Made by a program: the position numbers and the translations under genes
Assembly (NCBI GenBank): GCA_963767735.1
Contig: CAVYES010000003.1
Coordinates: 66,986-130,985 of the forward strand
DNA: 64,000 bases
Origin: Candidatus Bathyarchaeota archaeon
Lineage (GTDB): Archaea > Thermoproteota > Bathyarchaeia > Bathyarchaeales > Bathycorpusculaceae
Direction: 5' to 3'
In this document: positions 39,197 to 48,756 of the stretch, piece by piece
How positions within the stretch are numbered: position 1 is the first letter of the stretch
Layout: every line of letters begins with the position of its first letter
The notes under the pieces: generated by a model
Database searches by the model: none
What the model was told of the DNA's origin: nothing
The model's input: only the letters and a program-made list of their open reading frames with translations

Positions 39197-42100
39197 TTAT
39201 GCATCAGCCCTGTTTTTGAGTTCTTCAATTTCAAGCAAAAGGTTTTTCTTTTCAGCTTCTAAATCTTTTATTTTTTCAATTTTAACTTTAAGGCTTGCTA
39301 TTTCTTGTTTCTCATTGTCGGCTAACACATTTATTTTTTCGTTCTTATTTTCAGGATTTGGTAAATTGCTGTCAGATTTTCGTTTTAGACGCATGATTGC
39401 AATTACTGAAAAGAGTAAAGTGATAATTGCGGCGACGATTATTACCGCAACCAGCACGGCATACAATGGGGTTGGTTTAGGTGAAGACTTCTTTGGGGTT
39501 GGTGATGATGGAGAAACTATCGGGGTTGGTGAAGGTGTAGATTTCTTCGGTGTTGGTGAAGGCAGCGAAACTATCGGGGTTGGCGTAGACAAAGACCTCT
39601 GCGGTGTTGGCGATGGTAGAGAAACTTTGGGGGTTGGTGACGGTGAAGGCACAATCGGTGTTGGGGAAGAAGTAATAGCGAAAGTGGCGCTGATAGTGTG
39701 AGACGCCTGAACGTTGCTGAAAGTATACGATGACGCAGCCGCCACCGTTCTGCCGTCAACGGTTAAAGAGGCAATGAAGTAGCCCGTGTTCGGGGTTATA
39801 CTGAAAGTTTGACTGACGTCATAATTAACGGTGGTTGTTCCAGGAGAAATGACACCGTTATTGTTCTGGGTAACTGTAAGCGTGTAAGTGTTAATGGCGA
39901 AAGCCGCAGTCAAAGAGCCGTCAACTGAAACCGGACTAAATTGGTAAGACTGACCTGAAGGTGAAGTAATAGTCACTGATGTACCATCAGCAGTTATGCT
40001 CGTAATGTGGTAACCAATAGCAGGGGTAATGGTGAAGCTCGGAGTAGCGTCATAATTAACATTAAGGCGGCTCGCACCGGGAGAAATCTGCCCATTAGCG
40101 GTCTGAGTTATAGCAATGGTGAGTTGGTTCACAGTAGCTGTCACAGCAGAAGATTGTGCTGAAGTTTCACCGAAACTGTCAATAACCGTCGCGGTAACGG
40201 AGTAAGAACCTGCTGAAGCAGGAGAAAAACTAAACGTTGATGCAGCCGCACCAGCCTGGGCAGATCCATCTACATACCATTGATAAACCGTGTAAATACC
40301 TGAGCCGCCGCCCGAATTAGCAGTAAAGATCGTGGACTGACCTACAGCCATCGTAACTGGACCAACAGGAGTTATACTCACCGTCGGCGAAGCAGACACA
40401 GTCACTGTAGAAGCAGAGGACTGAGCTGAAGTAGCACCCAAACTATCAGTAACAGTCGCAGTAATCGCGTAAGAACCCGCGGAGGGAGGCGAATAATTGA
40501 ATGTTGAAGCAGTCTGACCCGACTGAGCAGACCCATCTACATACCACTGATAACTTGTATAAGTGCCTGAACCGCCACCAGCAGCTGCTGAGAGCGTTTT
40601 AGTTTGTCCAACATCCATCGTCCATGAAGTAGGCGATACAGTAACAGACGGAGCAGCATTCAACTCAACTTCTACAGCAGTTGAAGTCACCTGCGATTTT
40701 GTAGCATCGGTAATTTGAAGCTCAAAGCTCCAAGTTCCAGTGGCCGTCGAACCAGATGTAACAAAAACATAACTCGATGAATTCGTACCGACATCTACAT
40801 AAGAACCAGCACCCGGAGCCTCTGCAAGCCACTGATATGTGTTAGGAGACGTACCTGTTGTCACTGCAGTAGAAGTTAAACTTGAAGTTTGACCCTGATC
40901 AATCGTGCCTGGAGTTGGCGTCACAGTCGGAGCAACCAGCGTAGGATTCACCGTAACAGTAACCTGGTTAGAGATGGGAGATGTGACTGGAGTGGATGCG
41001 CTGTCAGTTACTTTGCAGGTAACCGAATGCGTTCCCGCAGCAGCAGTGTAAGAATAGCTTGCACTGTTAGAGCCAACAGCAGAACCATCCAAGTACCACT
41101 GGTAATTAATCGTGCCTGAACCGCCGCTGGCCGTCGAGGTAAACGTTTGGATCTGACCAGCATCCATACTAAGTGGACCAGCAGGCGCGATACTTACTGT
41201 TGGCGAAGCAGCCACAGCAACCGATGCTGCAGTTGATTGAACTGAAGTTGCACCTAAACTGTCAGTAACCGTCAAGCTAATAGTGTAAGAACCCGAAGCA
41301 GCAGGAGAATAACTAAACGTTGATGCAGTCATGCCGCTCTGAAGTACAGAATCAACATACCATTGATAACCAGTATAAGATCCAGATCCGCCTTCAGGAG
41401 AAGCGGTGAAAGTCTTACTTTGACCAACGTCCATCGCCCATAAAGTAGGCGACACAGTCACGGTCGGAGCAGCCTTCGCCGTAACGGAAACTGCTGTAGT
41501 CTTAACCACAACTGGAGTATTGGCGCTGTCCGTAACTTGAAGCTCAAAACTCCAAGATCCAATAGTTGTCGAACCGGAGGTAACAAAAGAGTAGGCAGAC
41601 GAAGTTGCACCGCTAATTGTTGAGTAAGAACTGGCCCCAGGAGCCTGCCCCAGCCACTGATAAGTGTACGGACCAGTACCAGTCGAAACAGCAGTGGAGC
41701 TTAAAGCTGAAGTTTGACCTAGATCAATTGTGCCCTTTGTAGCCGAGGCAGTTGGGGCAACCAATGTTGGATTCACGGTGACAGTAACCCCGGCAGATTG
41801 AGGAGAAGTTGCGCCGAGGCTGTCAGTGGCTGTCACGGTAATCGAATGGGAACCCGCGGTGGCAGGAGTATAGCTGAATGTTGACGCAGTTGCACCGATC
41901 TGAGCTTCACCATCCACATACCATTGGTAGCTCGTGTAAGTGCCTGAACCGCCGCTGGGGGCAGCTGTGAACGTCTTAGACTGACCGACATCCATTGTCC
42001 AAGAAGTAGGTGATACACTAACGGAAAGTGCTTGTTTCACAGTGTCCACGTACATAACCCAGTAGGTTACGCTGGTGCCGAAAGCGATATTGCTGCTCGA

Positions 42101-43052
42101 AAGGGTAGAAGTTACAGTTTTATAGCCTACATTATCTCCCTCACCGTTAACGTTATGCAGTATAGCTCCAGTGAAATACGACCCGGGTGTTTCCGCTGTG
42201 CTGCCCGAGTTTCCCTCTAACCCTAAAATAATGTCGTTAGCATTAGCTGTAGATACTCCGGTCACGGTCGGTACGCTCGAACCAGTGGAATGACCTTTGT
42301 AGGGCAAACCAGTGCGGGCATCAAATGGGCTTGCCGTATTTGCTCCTAAGATTCCGAAAACTTGCACGTCAATGTTATTGTGGTTGTGCCTGCTCGGTAT
42401 TACGGTGATTCTGAAGGATCCTGTTTGGGATGAACTGGTCACCGCATAGTATTCAGAGATTGCTTCTGCATTTCTGTAGCTCTTCAGGGTGGTTCCTCTT
42501 TGTGTATAGGATAGATGGGTACTGAAACTGTCGGTAATTGTAAAATGTTCGAATGTTCGATGGCCCAAATTGCCCTGTGTAATCACGATTATTATCAGCT
42601 CGTTGGCTTGCGCCGTCATGGGTGTTGTTGTGATTGGAGTCGACTGGGAACTGGAAATTGAGCCAAACCCTTCGCAGTTGGTGTCAATTCCGAAGATGCT
42701 ATCGGTAAATGTTGTTGTTGCTGTGTTTGATCCATCTGTGGCTGTTACGGTAAAGAGGGGTACACCCACGTCGTCTATTTGGTAAGAAGTCGTGAAGTTC
42801 CCGTTTGGGTCTGAGATTGCAGTGAAGCTGCTAACGGTTCCTTCTGACTGCGCAGTAACATTTACGGCTACGTTAGCGTCGGGCAGAAAGCCTGTACCGT
42901 ATATTGTTACGGTTTCCCCAGGGTAATAGTCGGCTTTATCAGTCCAGACGGTAGCGCTTTGAGCCTTAACTTGGAAATTAGCTAACGTACAAATTGTTAG
43001 TGAAATGAAAAGCACGATTATTATGACTTGTAATTTCTTAATGCTTTTTCAT
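39197..43052 (-). CDS. Large single-pass surface protein (Ig/PKD-like repeats, InlB-B-repeat-like domains, Pro/Ser/Thr stalk, transmembrane helix, cytoplasmic coiled coil)
   Basis: Repeated ~90-aa units (SP..WTMDVGQSKTFTA...GGSG.Y..YQWYVDG and LVAPT...TID.GQTS.L) and SPTP repeats. ATG at 43052 gives a full signal peptide MKSIKKLQVIIIVLF only if one A in an A5 run is removed. Confidence 0.85.
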
Positions 43053-43569
43053 CCTCATGATTCTTTTTGACTTAGACCCAGATTCCTCCAATATAGGTGA
43101 GGTTTACTTGTTTGGTTGTATTGGGAGAGTCAAGTGTCATGATATAAGTGACGTTTCCAGAACGTGAATGAGTCAAAAACTGCAATATGTCAACCATTGC
43201 AGATAAGCAGAGCATGTTCGCTGCTGCCAGCAGATTTCTCCTCATATCGTAGCTCTCCTTCTCCTAAATTACTCCTCAACACGGAGCCAATAATTGTATA
43301 ATTGGTATTACATATTTCTATGTAATATGTACCTATACTTTCTCATCTGCAGGTTAACAGCAGCATATCAGGCAAACAATCAGTTCAGTTTTCAAGGAAA
43401 AAAACCGCGGATTCCGCAAAATAGCTGCAAAAACGTGAGAAGTAAGAATCAGACATACCCTAGGCACAAAGCGAGCATACAATGTGCTGGCTAATGCTGA
43501 AATGCTCTTCTCCAAAGAACTCCTCTATTGCTGAGCAGCAGCAACGTCCATAATGGCAGAGGAAGAAAT

Positions 43570-43782
43570 TTATTTTTTGAGTTTCCGATCTGAGTTTGGT
43601 TCTGGTCCGCTCATCAGCATTTTTAACGATCTGATTTCATCTCGCAAGGCGCCAACTTCACTCTCTAAAGCAGTAGCTTTTGCATCAGCCATTTTTTTAA
43701 GTTCTTCAATTTCAAGTAAAAGGCTTTTCTTCTCATCTTCTAAGCTTTTTATTTTTTCGACAGTAGCTTTAAGGCTGCTCAT
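43570..43782 (-). CDS. Stand-alone coiled-coil module protein (about 70 aa)
   Basis: MSSLKATVEKIKSLEDEKKSLLLEIEELKKMADAKATALESEVGALRDEIRSLKMLM. The ORF is open further upstream. Confidence 0.75.
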   Translation of the reverse strand: MSSLKATVEKIKSLEDEKKSLLLEIEELKKMADAKATALESEVGALRDEIRSLKMLMSGPEPNSDRKLKK

Positions 43783-44001
43783 TTTCGATTTGCCCTCGGC
43801 GGCTATTATATACTTTTTTTTGCACTTAAGACTTTTGTATCTGTAAACCATATTTCAAGAAAGTCAACTGACCTCTCTGCAAAAAAACCTTGAAAAATGG
43901 CTAAACTTCCCTTTAATTCGACTTGAAATAGAACCTGTGATTTCCAAAAATGTAGCTTTTATATATGAATTTGCAGTTTAAAGTACTGTTTATCTTTCAT
44001 A

Positions 44002-45366
44002 TTGCTGGACTGTGTTTCAATGAGAAAGACGATATTTAAAAAGCTTGAAGCGCAAGGTCTGATTGCGAATTATAATCGTTTACGAAAGAATTTGCCGCCT
44101 AAACTTCCAGACCGAGTGTTTATTTCGGACGAAACCTTTAGGGAAGGCATCAAAGCGCCAACCGTTTATCTAACTTACGTTGAGCAGGTTAGGCTTGCAA
44201 AGTTAATGGATGAAGCGGGTGTGTCTGAGATTAACGTAGGTTTTCCTGCTCTATCTGAAGATGAAAAACGCAACGTTAAACGCATCGTAAATGAAAGTTT
44301 CTCAAACGTAAAGCTTACCGCTTCGGCTGAGGCAACCAAAAACAGCGTTAGCGCCTGCCTAGAATGTGGCATAAAAGATGTAACCATTGAGACACCCATT
44401 AATGGTTTAAACTTGCAGTGCAAGCTGAAATTGACCAAGGAGCAAGCACTACAAAGGATAGTTGAAAGCATAGATTACGCAAAAAAGCATGGAGCAACCG
44501 TCAGCTTTGTGCTTATGGATGGCACCAGAACCCCGCTTGAAGATATTTTACAGGTTTTTGAGGCAGCAGCCGCTGCTGGAGCAAGAAGGTTAGCGATAGC
44601 TGACAGTGTTGGATTCATAAGACCCCTCTCTATGCGTTATTTAATGTCGCATGTTCGAGATGGTTTATCTGATTCTGTGAAAAATAAAGTAGCGCTTTCA
44701 GTTCACTGTCACAATGATTTCGGGATGGCAACTGCAAACACTCTGGCTGCGGTGGAAGAAGGCGCGTCACACATACACACATGTATCGCTGGCTTTGGTG
44801 AACGTGCAGGAATTGCTCCCTTTGAGGAAGTTGTAACAGCGTTAGAACTTCTCTACAACATTGACACAGGTGTTGATTTAGGAAAAATTTACCGTATAGC
44901 TCAATCAGCCGAAAAAGCCTTCGCCCTACCTATTCAATTTCACAAGCCCATAATTGGCGAAAACATTTTCACCCATGAAGTAGAAGAAGATGTGGAGGAA
45001 ATGATGGCTTGCCCACTAGTTTACGAGCCCTTTCCGCCTGAAATCGTAGGCAGGGAAACAACTATTTTCGTAGGCAGAAACACAGAGCAAACACTCATAC
45101 AGAAGCTTTTGGAGAAAGCAGGAATCCGCGCATCACCCCGGCAAATGGACGAGCTCTTCAGGCGCATCAAAGGTCCGCAGGAAAATTTGGACAAAGGTGA
45201 AGCCCAAATGATTTATTATCAGGTGAAAAAACTCATGAAGGAACTGCTTAAGGGCTATACCATGGAAGAATTCTGGCGTTTAGTGGAACAGGTGACAAGA
45301 CAAAAACCCAACCTGCCAAAGGATAAACAGCATTCCAAGCAAACAGCAGACCAGTTGCTAACTTAA
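44002..45366 (+). CDS. Homocitrate/isopropylmalate synthase-like DRE-TIM protein with an atypical active site
   Basis: HCHNDFGMATAN and GFGERAG are retained, but DETFREGIK replaces DTTLRDGEQ. Confidence 0.8.
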   Translation: MLDCVSMRKTIFKKLEAQGLIANYNRLRKNLPPKLPDRVFISDETFREGIKAPTVYLTYVEQVRLAKLMDEAGVSEINVGFPALSEDEKRNVKRIVNESFSNVKLTASAEATKNSVSACLECGIKDVTIETPINGLNLQCKLKLTKEQALQRIVESIDYAKKHGATVSFVLMDGTRTPLEDILQVFEAAAAAGARRLAIADSVGFIRPLSMRYLMSHVRDGLSDSVKNKVALSVHCHNDFGMATANTLAAVEEGASHIHTCIAGFGERAGIAPFEEVVTALELLYNIDTGVDLGKIYRIAQSAEKAFALPIQFHKPIIGENIFTHEVEEDVEEMMACPLVYEPFPPEIVGRETTIFVGRNTEQTLIQKLLEKAGIRASPRQMDELFRRIKGPQENLDKGEAQMIYYQVKKLMKELLKGYTMEEFWRLVEQVTRQKPNLPKDKQHSKQTADQLLT

Positions 45367-46385
45367 CCAAGCTTCAGCTCTTTTTTTATTTTTTCTATCT
45401 CTTCTCGGCTTGTTTTTCTCGGGTAATTGTAGAGTGGTCCACTTGGTTTTTCATTGTAAAAAGGTCGATTGCAATCTGGACAGCCGGAGGTAAGAAAGGG
45501 CGTTCCCTCTTCAATTATACCTTTTAACCTGCGGTTCGCTATGCCGAAATCGGTTATTTTCCCCTCATCATCAAAATGCATATCCCTATACCTTACAGAA
45601 CCGTTCACCATTAAGAACCTCAAAAGCTGCACTCGCCTGTACGATTCAAGCGGCGGCGGAGAATTACTTTCCAATCTTGTTCCCCGAACTGGTGTGAAAG
45701 CGAAAAGAGCCGGCAGAACAGTCATTTCTATAAGTTTCTGAATTATTTGGGCTGCTTCTTTTTCTGTCTCGCCTAGCCCGACAATCAGGTGCGTGCTCAC
45801 GTTTCCCTTTCCAAAAACCGCTATCGCTTCACTTAACAGGCTGAACTGGTTTTCCCAACTGTAAGAGCCGCCTGCCCCCTTACCCTTAACTTGATCGAAT
45901 AAGGCTTCGGTTGCCGCATCCAATGAGATACCTAGCCTGTCAACGCCTGCCTTTGCCAAAAGCTCAATATTGACGGCGTTAAGCGGTTGACAAGAAACCG
46001 AAACTGGAACCGCCGCTTGTTTCTTTATTTCTTTCACGAGCGCTTCAAGATGCACAAAAACTTGTGGATAATTCAGAGCTTGTATGCAAACGCGCTTAAT
46101 TTTTCCCTGAGTAGCCATAGTGCCTATTGCCGTTACTACATTCGGGGTTGGAAAAGTTGGCCATAAAACCCTTGAGAGCAGCTCTGTGTTGCTTTGGCTT
46201 CCTCTGGCTTGAGGGCAGAAACCGCAGTTAGCCGAGCACTTGCCCTCCTTGAAAGTCATCAGGTACGCCGTTGTAGGCTCAGCATCCAACTTGCCCCTTA
46301 ACAAGCCTAAAACTATAGCTGTGCCTGTTGAAACGCGAATTTGCTCTGGTAAGCCGCTTTGGTTTAGGCGTGTTTTTTCTGACAA
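45363..46385 (-). CDS. lipS2: Radical SAM protein, LipS2-type subunit of the archaeal two-protein lipoyl synthase
   Basis: CSANCGFC radical SAM motif plus C-terminal TSGCPDCNRP, matching the TxGCPxC(N/D)RP signature described for LipS2. Confidence 0.8.
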   Translation of the reverse strand: MSEKTRLNQSGLPEQIRVSTGTAIVLGLLRGKLDAEPTTAYLMTFKEGKCSANCGFCPQARGSQSNTELLSRVLWPTFPTPNVVTAIGTMATQGKIKRVCIQALNYPQVFVHLEALVKEIKKQAAVPVSVSCQPLNAVNIELLAKAGVDRLGISLDAATEALFDQVKGKGAGGSYSWENQFSLLSEAIAVFGKGNVSTHLIVGLGETEKEAAQIIQKLIEMTVLPALFAFTPVRGTRLESNSPPPLESYRRVQLLRFLMVNGSVRYRDMHFDDEGKITDFGIANRRLKGIIEEGTPFLTSGCPDCNRPFYNEKPSGPLYNYPRKTSREEIEKIKKELKLG

Positions 46386-46490
46386 ATGCTACACCGAAAT
46401 TAAAGGAATCATAATGAGAAAACAATATATTAGTTTAGGGCTGAGTTTATCAATTAAACAATTTTTGACTTAAAATCTGTGAACAATGTG

Positions 46491-47867
46491 TTAGTGCATA
46501 ATTTCAAATGTGAAATCAGTTAACCGCTCAAATGCTTTACCCAACGCGCGGTAGCCGACTTTTCCGAGATACTTTCTGCCGTAAAACTGCGCATGCGCTT
46601 TTCCTATGGCAAATTTCAACTTTGACTCGCTAAAACCTGACGCATAAAGAAGTTTATGCCTAATTAAACGGTAGTTTTTGGGTTCTTCCCAGTCCTCTAT
46701 TGAAACACCCTTATCTTTAACTCGCTCATAAAGCGGCGTTCCAGGAATCGGATAAGGCAAAGTAAACGACATGTAATCAAGTGGCAGACCCGACGCAAAA
46801 CGCACCGTATCCAGAACCGTCTTGCTGCTTTCGCCAGGGTAGCCTACGATAAAGAAAGCTCCCACTTCCAACCTAGCAGCTTTAGCTGCGTAAACGGCAT
46901 TTTTGGCTTGGGATGTTGTAATGTGTTTGTTCATTAAACCTAAAACTGAGTTATTGCCTGATTCAATGCCGAAGAAGACTCGCAGGCAACCGGCACGTTT
47001 CATGCCTGATGCTACTTCAGGATCCATCGTGTCTACGCGTGACAAGCATTCCCAGCCAACATCCACCTTGCGGCGAACAATTTCGCTGCACACCTCCAAA
47101 AGATGGTTGCGGTTTAACGTGAAGCAGTCGTCGGCAAACCAAACGCGCTCATACCCCAGATCTGCAATCTCTTGCACTTCATCAACAATGTTTTCTACGG
47201 AGCGGTTTCTGATGTCGGTGCCGAAAATTGGTCTGCTGCAAAAATCGCATGAGAACGGGCATCCTCTAGATGTGATCATAGAGGAGGTGGAGTATCCAAA
47301 GCGATCAAGATAATACCGTTTGTACGCTTCATTATCAAACAATTCTCGCGAAGGAAAAGCTAAACCATCCAAATCCTCAATAAATCCTCTTGAATCAGTA
47401 CGCACAATGCGCTCACCATCCCTAAAGACAACCCCTTTGACACCCAAAAAACCAACCCCGCGCACAACGCATTCGGCGAGCTCCACAATCGTTTCCTCCC
47501 CTTCGCCGACAGCAACCACATCAAAAGCATCAAGAAAACTTTCAGGAGACCAAGAAGGCAAAGGTCCGCCAACCACAAACAAGCCGCAATCACCCATGCA
47601 CTCATTCTTAATTGCCGCTGCAAGTTCCAGCGTGGTTTTTTTCATCGAAAACATTGAGTAAAAACCTGTAATTTGCGCTTTGGCACGCTTCACCCGTTCA
47701 ACCGCTTCGCTGAACCTCAGAAAAGTGCAATCAACCAGATCAACCTCAAAACCGCGCCTCTTCAAAGCGGCGGCAACGTAGCCTAGACCCAAGGGTGGAA
47801 AACGGAAAATTGAATTATCGTTCGCTGGATGAAAATACGGGTAAACCAAAGCCACCTTAACTGCCAT
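46491..47867 (-). CDS. B12-binding domain radical SAM protein
   Basis: PPLGLGYVAA, VGGP, GEGE, TSRGCPFSCDFC and FGIESG. Confidence 0.92.
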   Translation of the reverse strand: MAVKVALVYPYFHPANDNSIFRFPPLGLGYVAAALKRRGFEVDLVDCTFLRFSEAVERVKRAKAQITGFYSMFSMKKTTLELAAAIKNECMGDCGLFVVGGPLPSWSPESFLDAFDVVAVGEGEETIVELAECVVRGVGFLGVKGVVFRDGERIVRTDSRGFIEDLDGLAFPSRELFDNEAYKRYYLDRFGYSTSSMITSRGCPFSCDFCSRPIFGTDIRNRSVENIVDEVQEIADLGYERVWFADDCFTLNRNHLLEVCSEIVRRKVDVGWECLSRVDTMDPEVASGMKRAGCLRVFFGIESGNNSVLGLMNKHITTSQAKNAVYAAKAARLEVGAFFIVGYPGESSKTVLDTVRFASGLPLDYMSFTLPYPIPGTPLYERVKDKGVSIEDWEEPKNYRLIRHKLLYASGFSESKLKFAIGKAHAQFYGRKYLGKVGYRALGKAFERLTDFTFEIMH

Positions 47868-48096
47868 TTTTGCTTTTAACCACCAAACAACACGTTCTCA
47901 AAAAAGCTTGAAAATCCTCACAAAATTAGTCGTTTTATCGCTTAAAAACCTTCCATAATTTGCGTGTTTCATTATTCGCGGGTCTGCTTTCAAAAATGTA
48001 ACCGATGTTTAGGTTGGCAAACCTTTATTATGTCACTGCGAAAATTTACATTCGGTTTAAAAAGAATGCTTAGGGCTCTATTTGGCGTGAGTTGGT

Positions 48097-48756
48097 TTGT
48101 TGATGAAGTTAGTTGATTTAGGTTTCTCAAAAGGCACAATTGTAGAAACAATAGTTTCAACTTATAATCGGGATGGGAAACCGAACGCTGCACCGATGGG
48201 TGTCGCCACGATTGATGATGAGCATCTATCCGTTGACTTTTTCGTTTCCTCAGCAACCTACAGCAATATCAAAGCACACAGGTGTGCGGTTGTAAACTTA
48301 ACAAGCGACATTGAGGTTTTTTATAAAACAGCCTTTAAAGAAGCAAACTCAGACGGAACGGTTCCGCAGGAATGGTTCGAGCAGGAAACTGTCGTTAACG
48401 CGCCCAAACTGCGTTCTGCAGACGCAACCATTGGCATTTCAATATATCAACTGGAGGCTATAGGCGTCGAAAAAGCCAGAGCATTTTTCAAAGTGCGCTC
48501 GTTGCAGGCGCGGGAAAAATATCCTCAAGTTTACTGCCGCGCGTTTTCAGCAACACTTGAAGCCATCATACATGCAACCCGCGTGAAAGCCTTTCTAAAC
48601 CATCAAGGAGAACAGAAACAAATCGGTAAACTCTTGGAACAAATCGAAAACCACCATGAAGTAGTAAATCGGGTGGCTCCAAACTCTGTTTACTCAACCG
48701 TTATGGCTGATTTGATTAAGAGAATAGATTCATGGAGGAGCAAAATTGAAGGTTAA
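48097..48756 (+). CDS. DUF447-family protein (FMN split-barrel-like)
   Basis: ETIVST...PNAAPMGV and LEAIIHATR. Adjacent to the DHPS-like gene. Confidence 0.85.
   Translation: MLMKLVDLGFSKGTIVETIVSTYNRDGKPNAAPMGVATIDDEHLSVDFFVSSATYSNIKAHRCAVVNLTSDIEVFYKTAFKEANSDGTVPQEWFEQETVVNAPKLRSADATIGISIYQLEAIGVEKARAFFKVRSLQAREKYPQVYCRAFSATLEAIIHATRVKAFLNHQGEQKQIGKLLEQIENHHEVVNRVAPNSVYSTVMADLIKRIDSWRSKIEG

Noticed and set aside
39135-39701. 188-aa plus-strand ORF with GVG(D/E) repeats
   Set aside because: It is the antisense shadow of the SPTP stalk and transmembrane helix of the surface protein.
39800-42030. Diversity-generating retroelement template/variable repeat pair among the surface-protein repeats
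   Set aside because: Differences between repeats are not adenine-specific and no reverse transcriptase is present. These are ordinary domain duplications.
43072-43245. 57-codon minus-strand ORF (MRRNLLAAAN...) upstream of the surface protein
   Set aside because: Short, with no motif or other support. It cannot be distinguished from a chance ORF.
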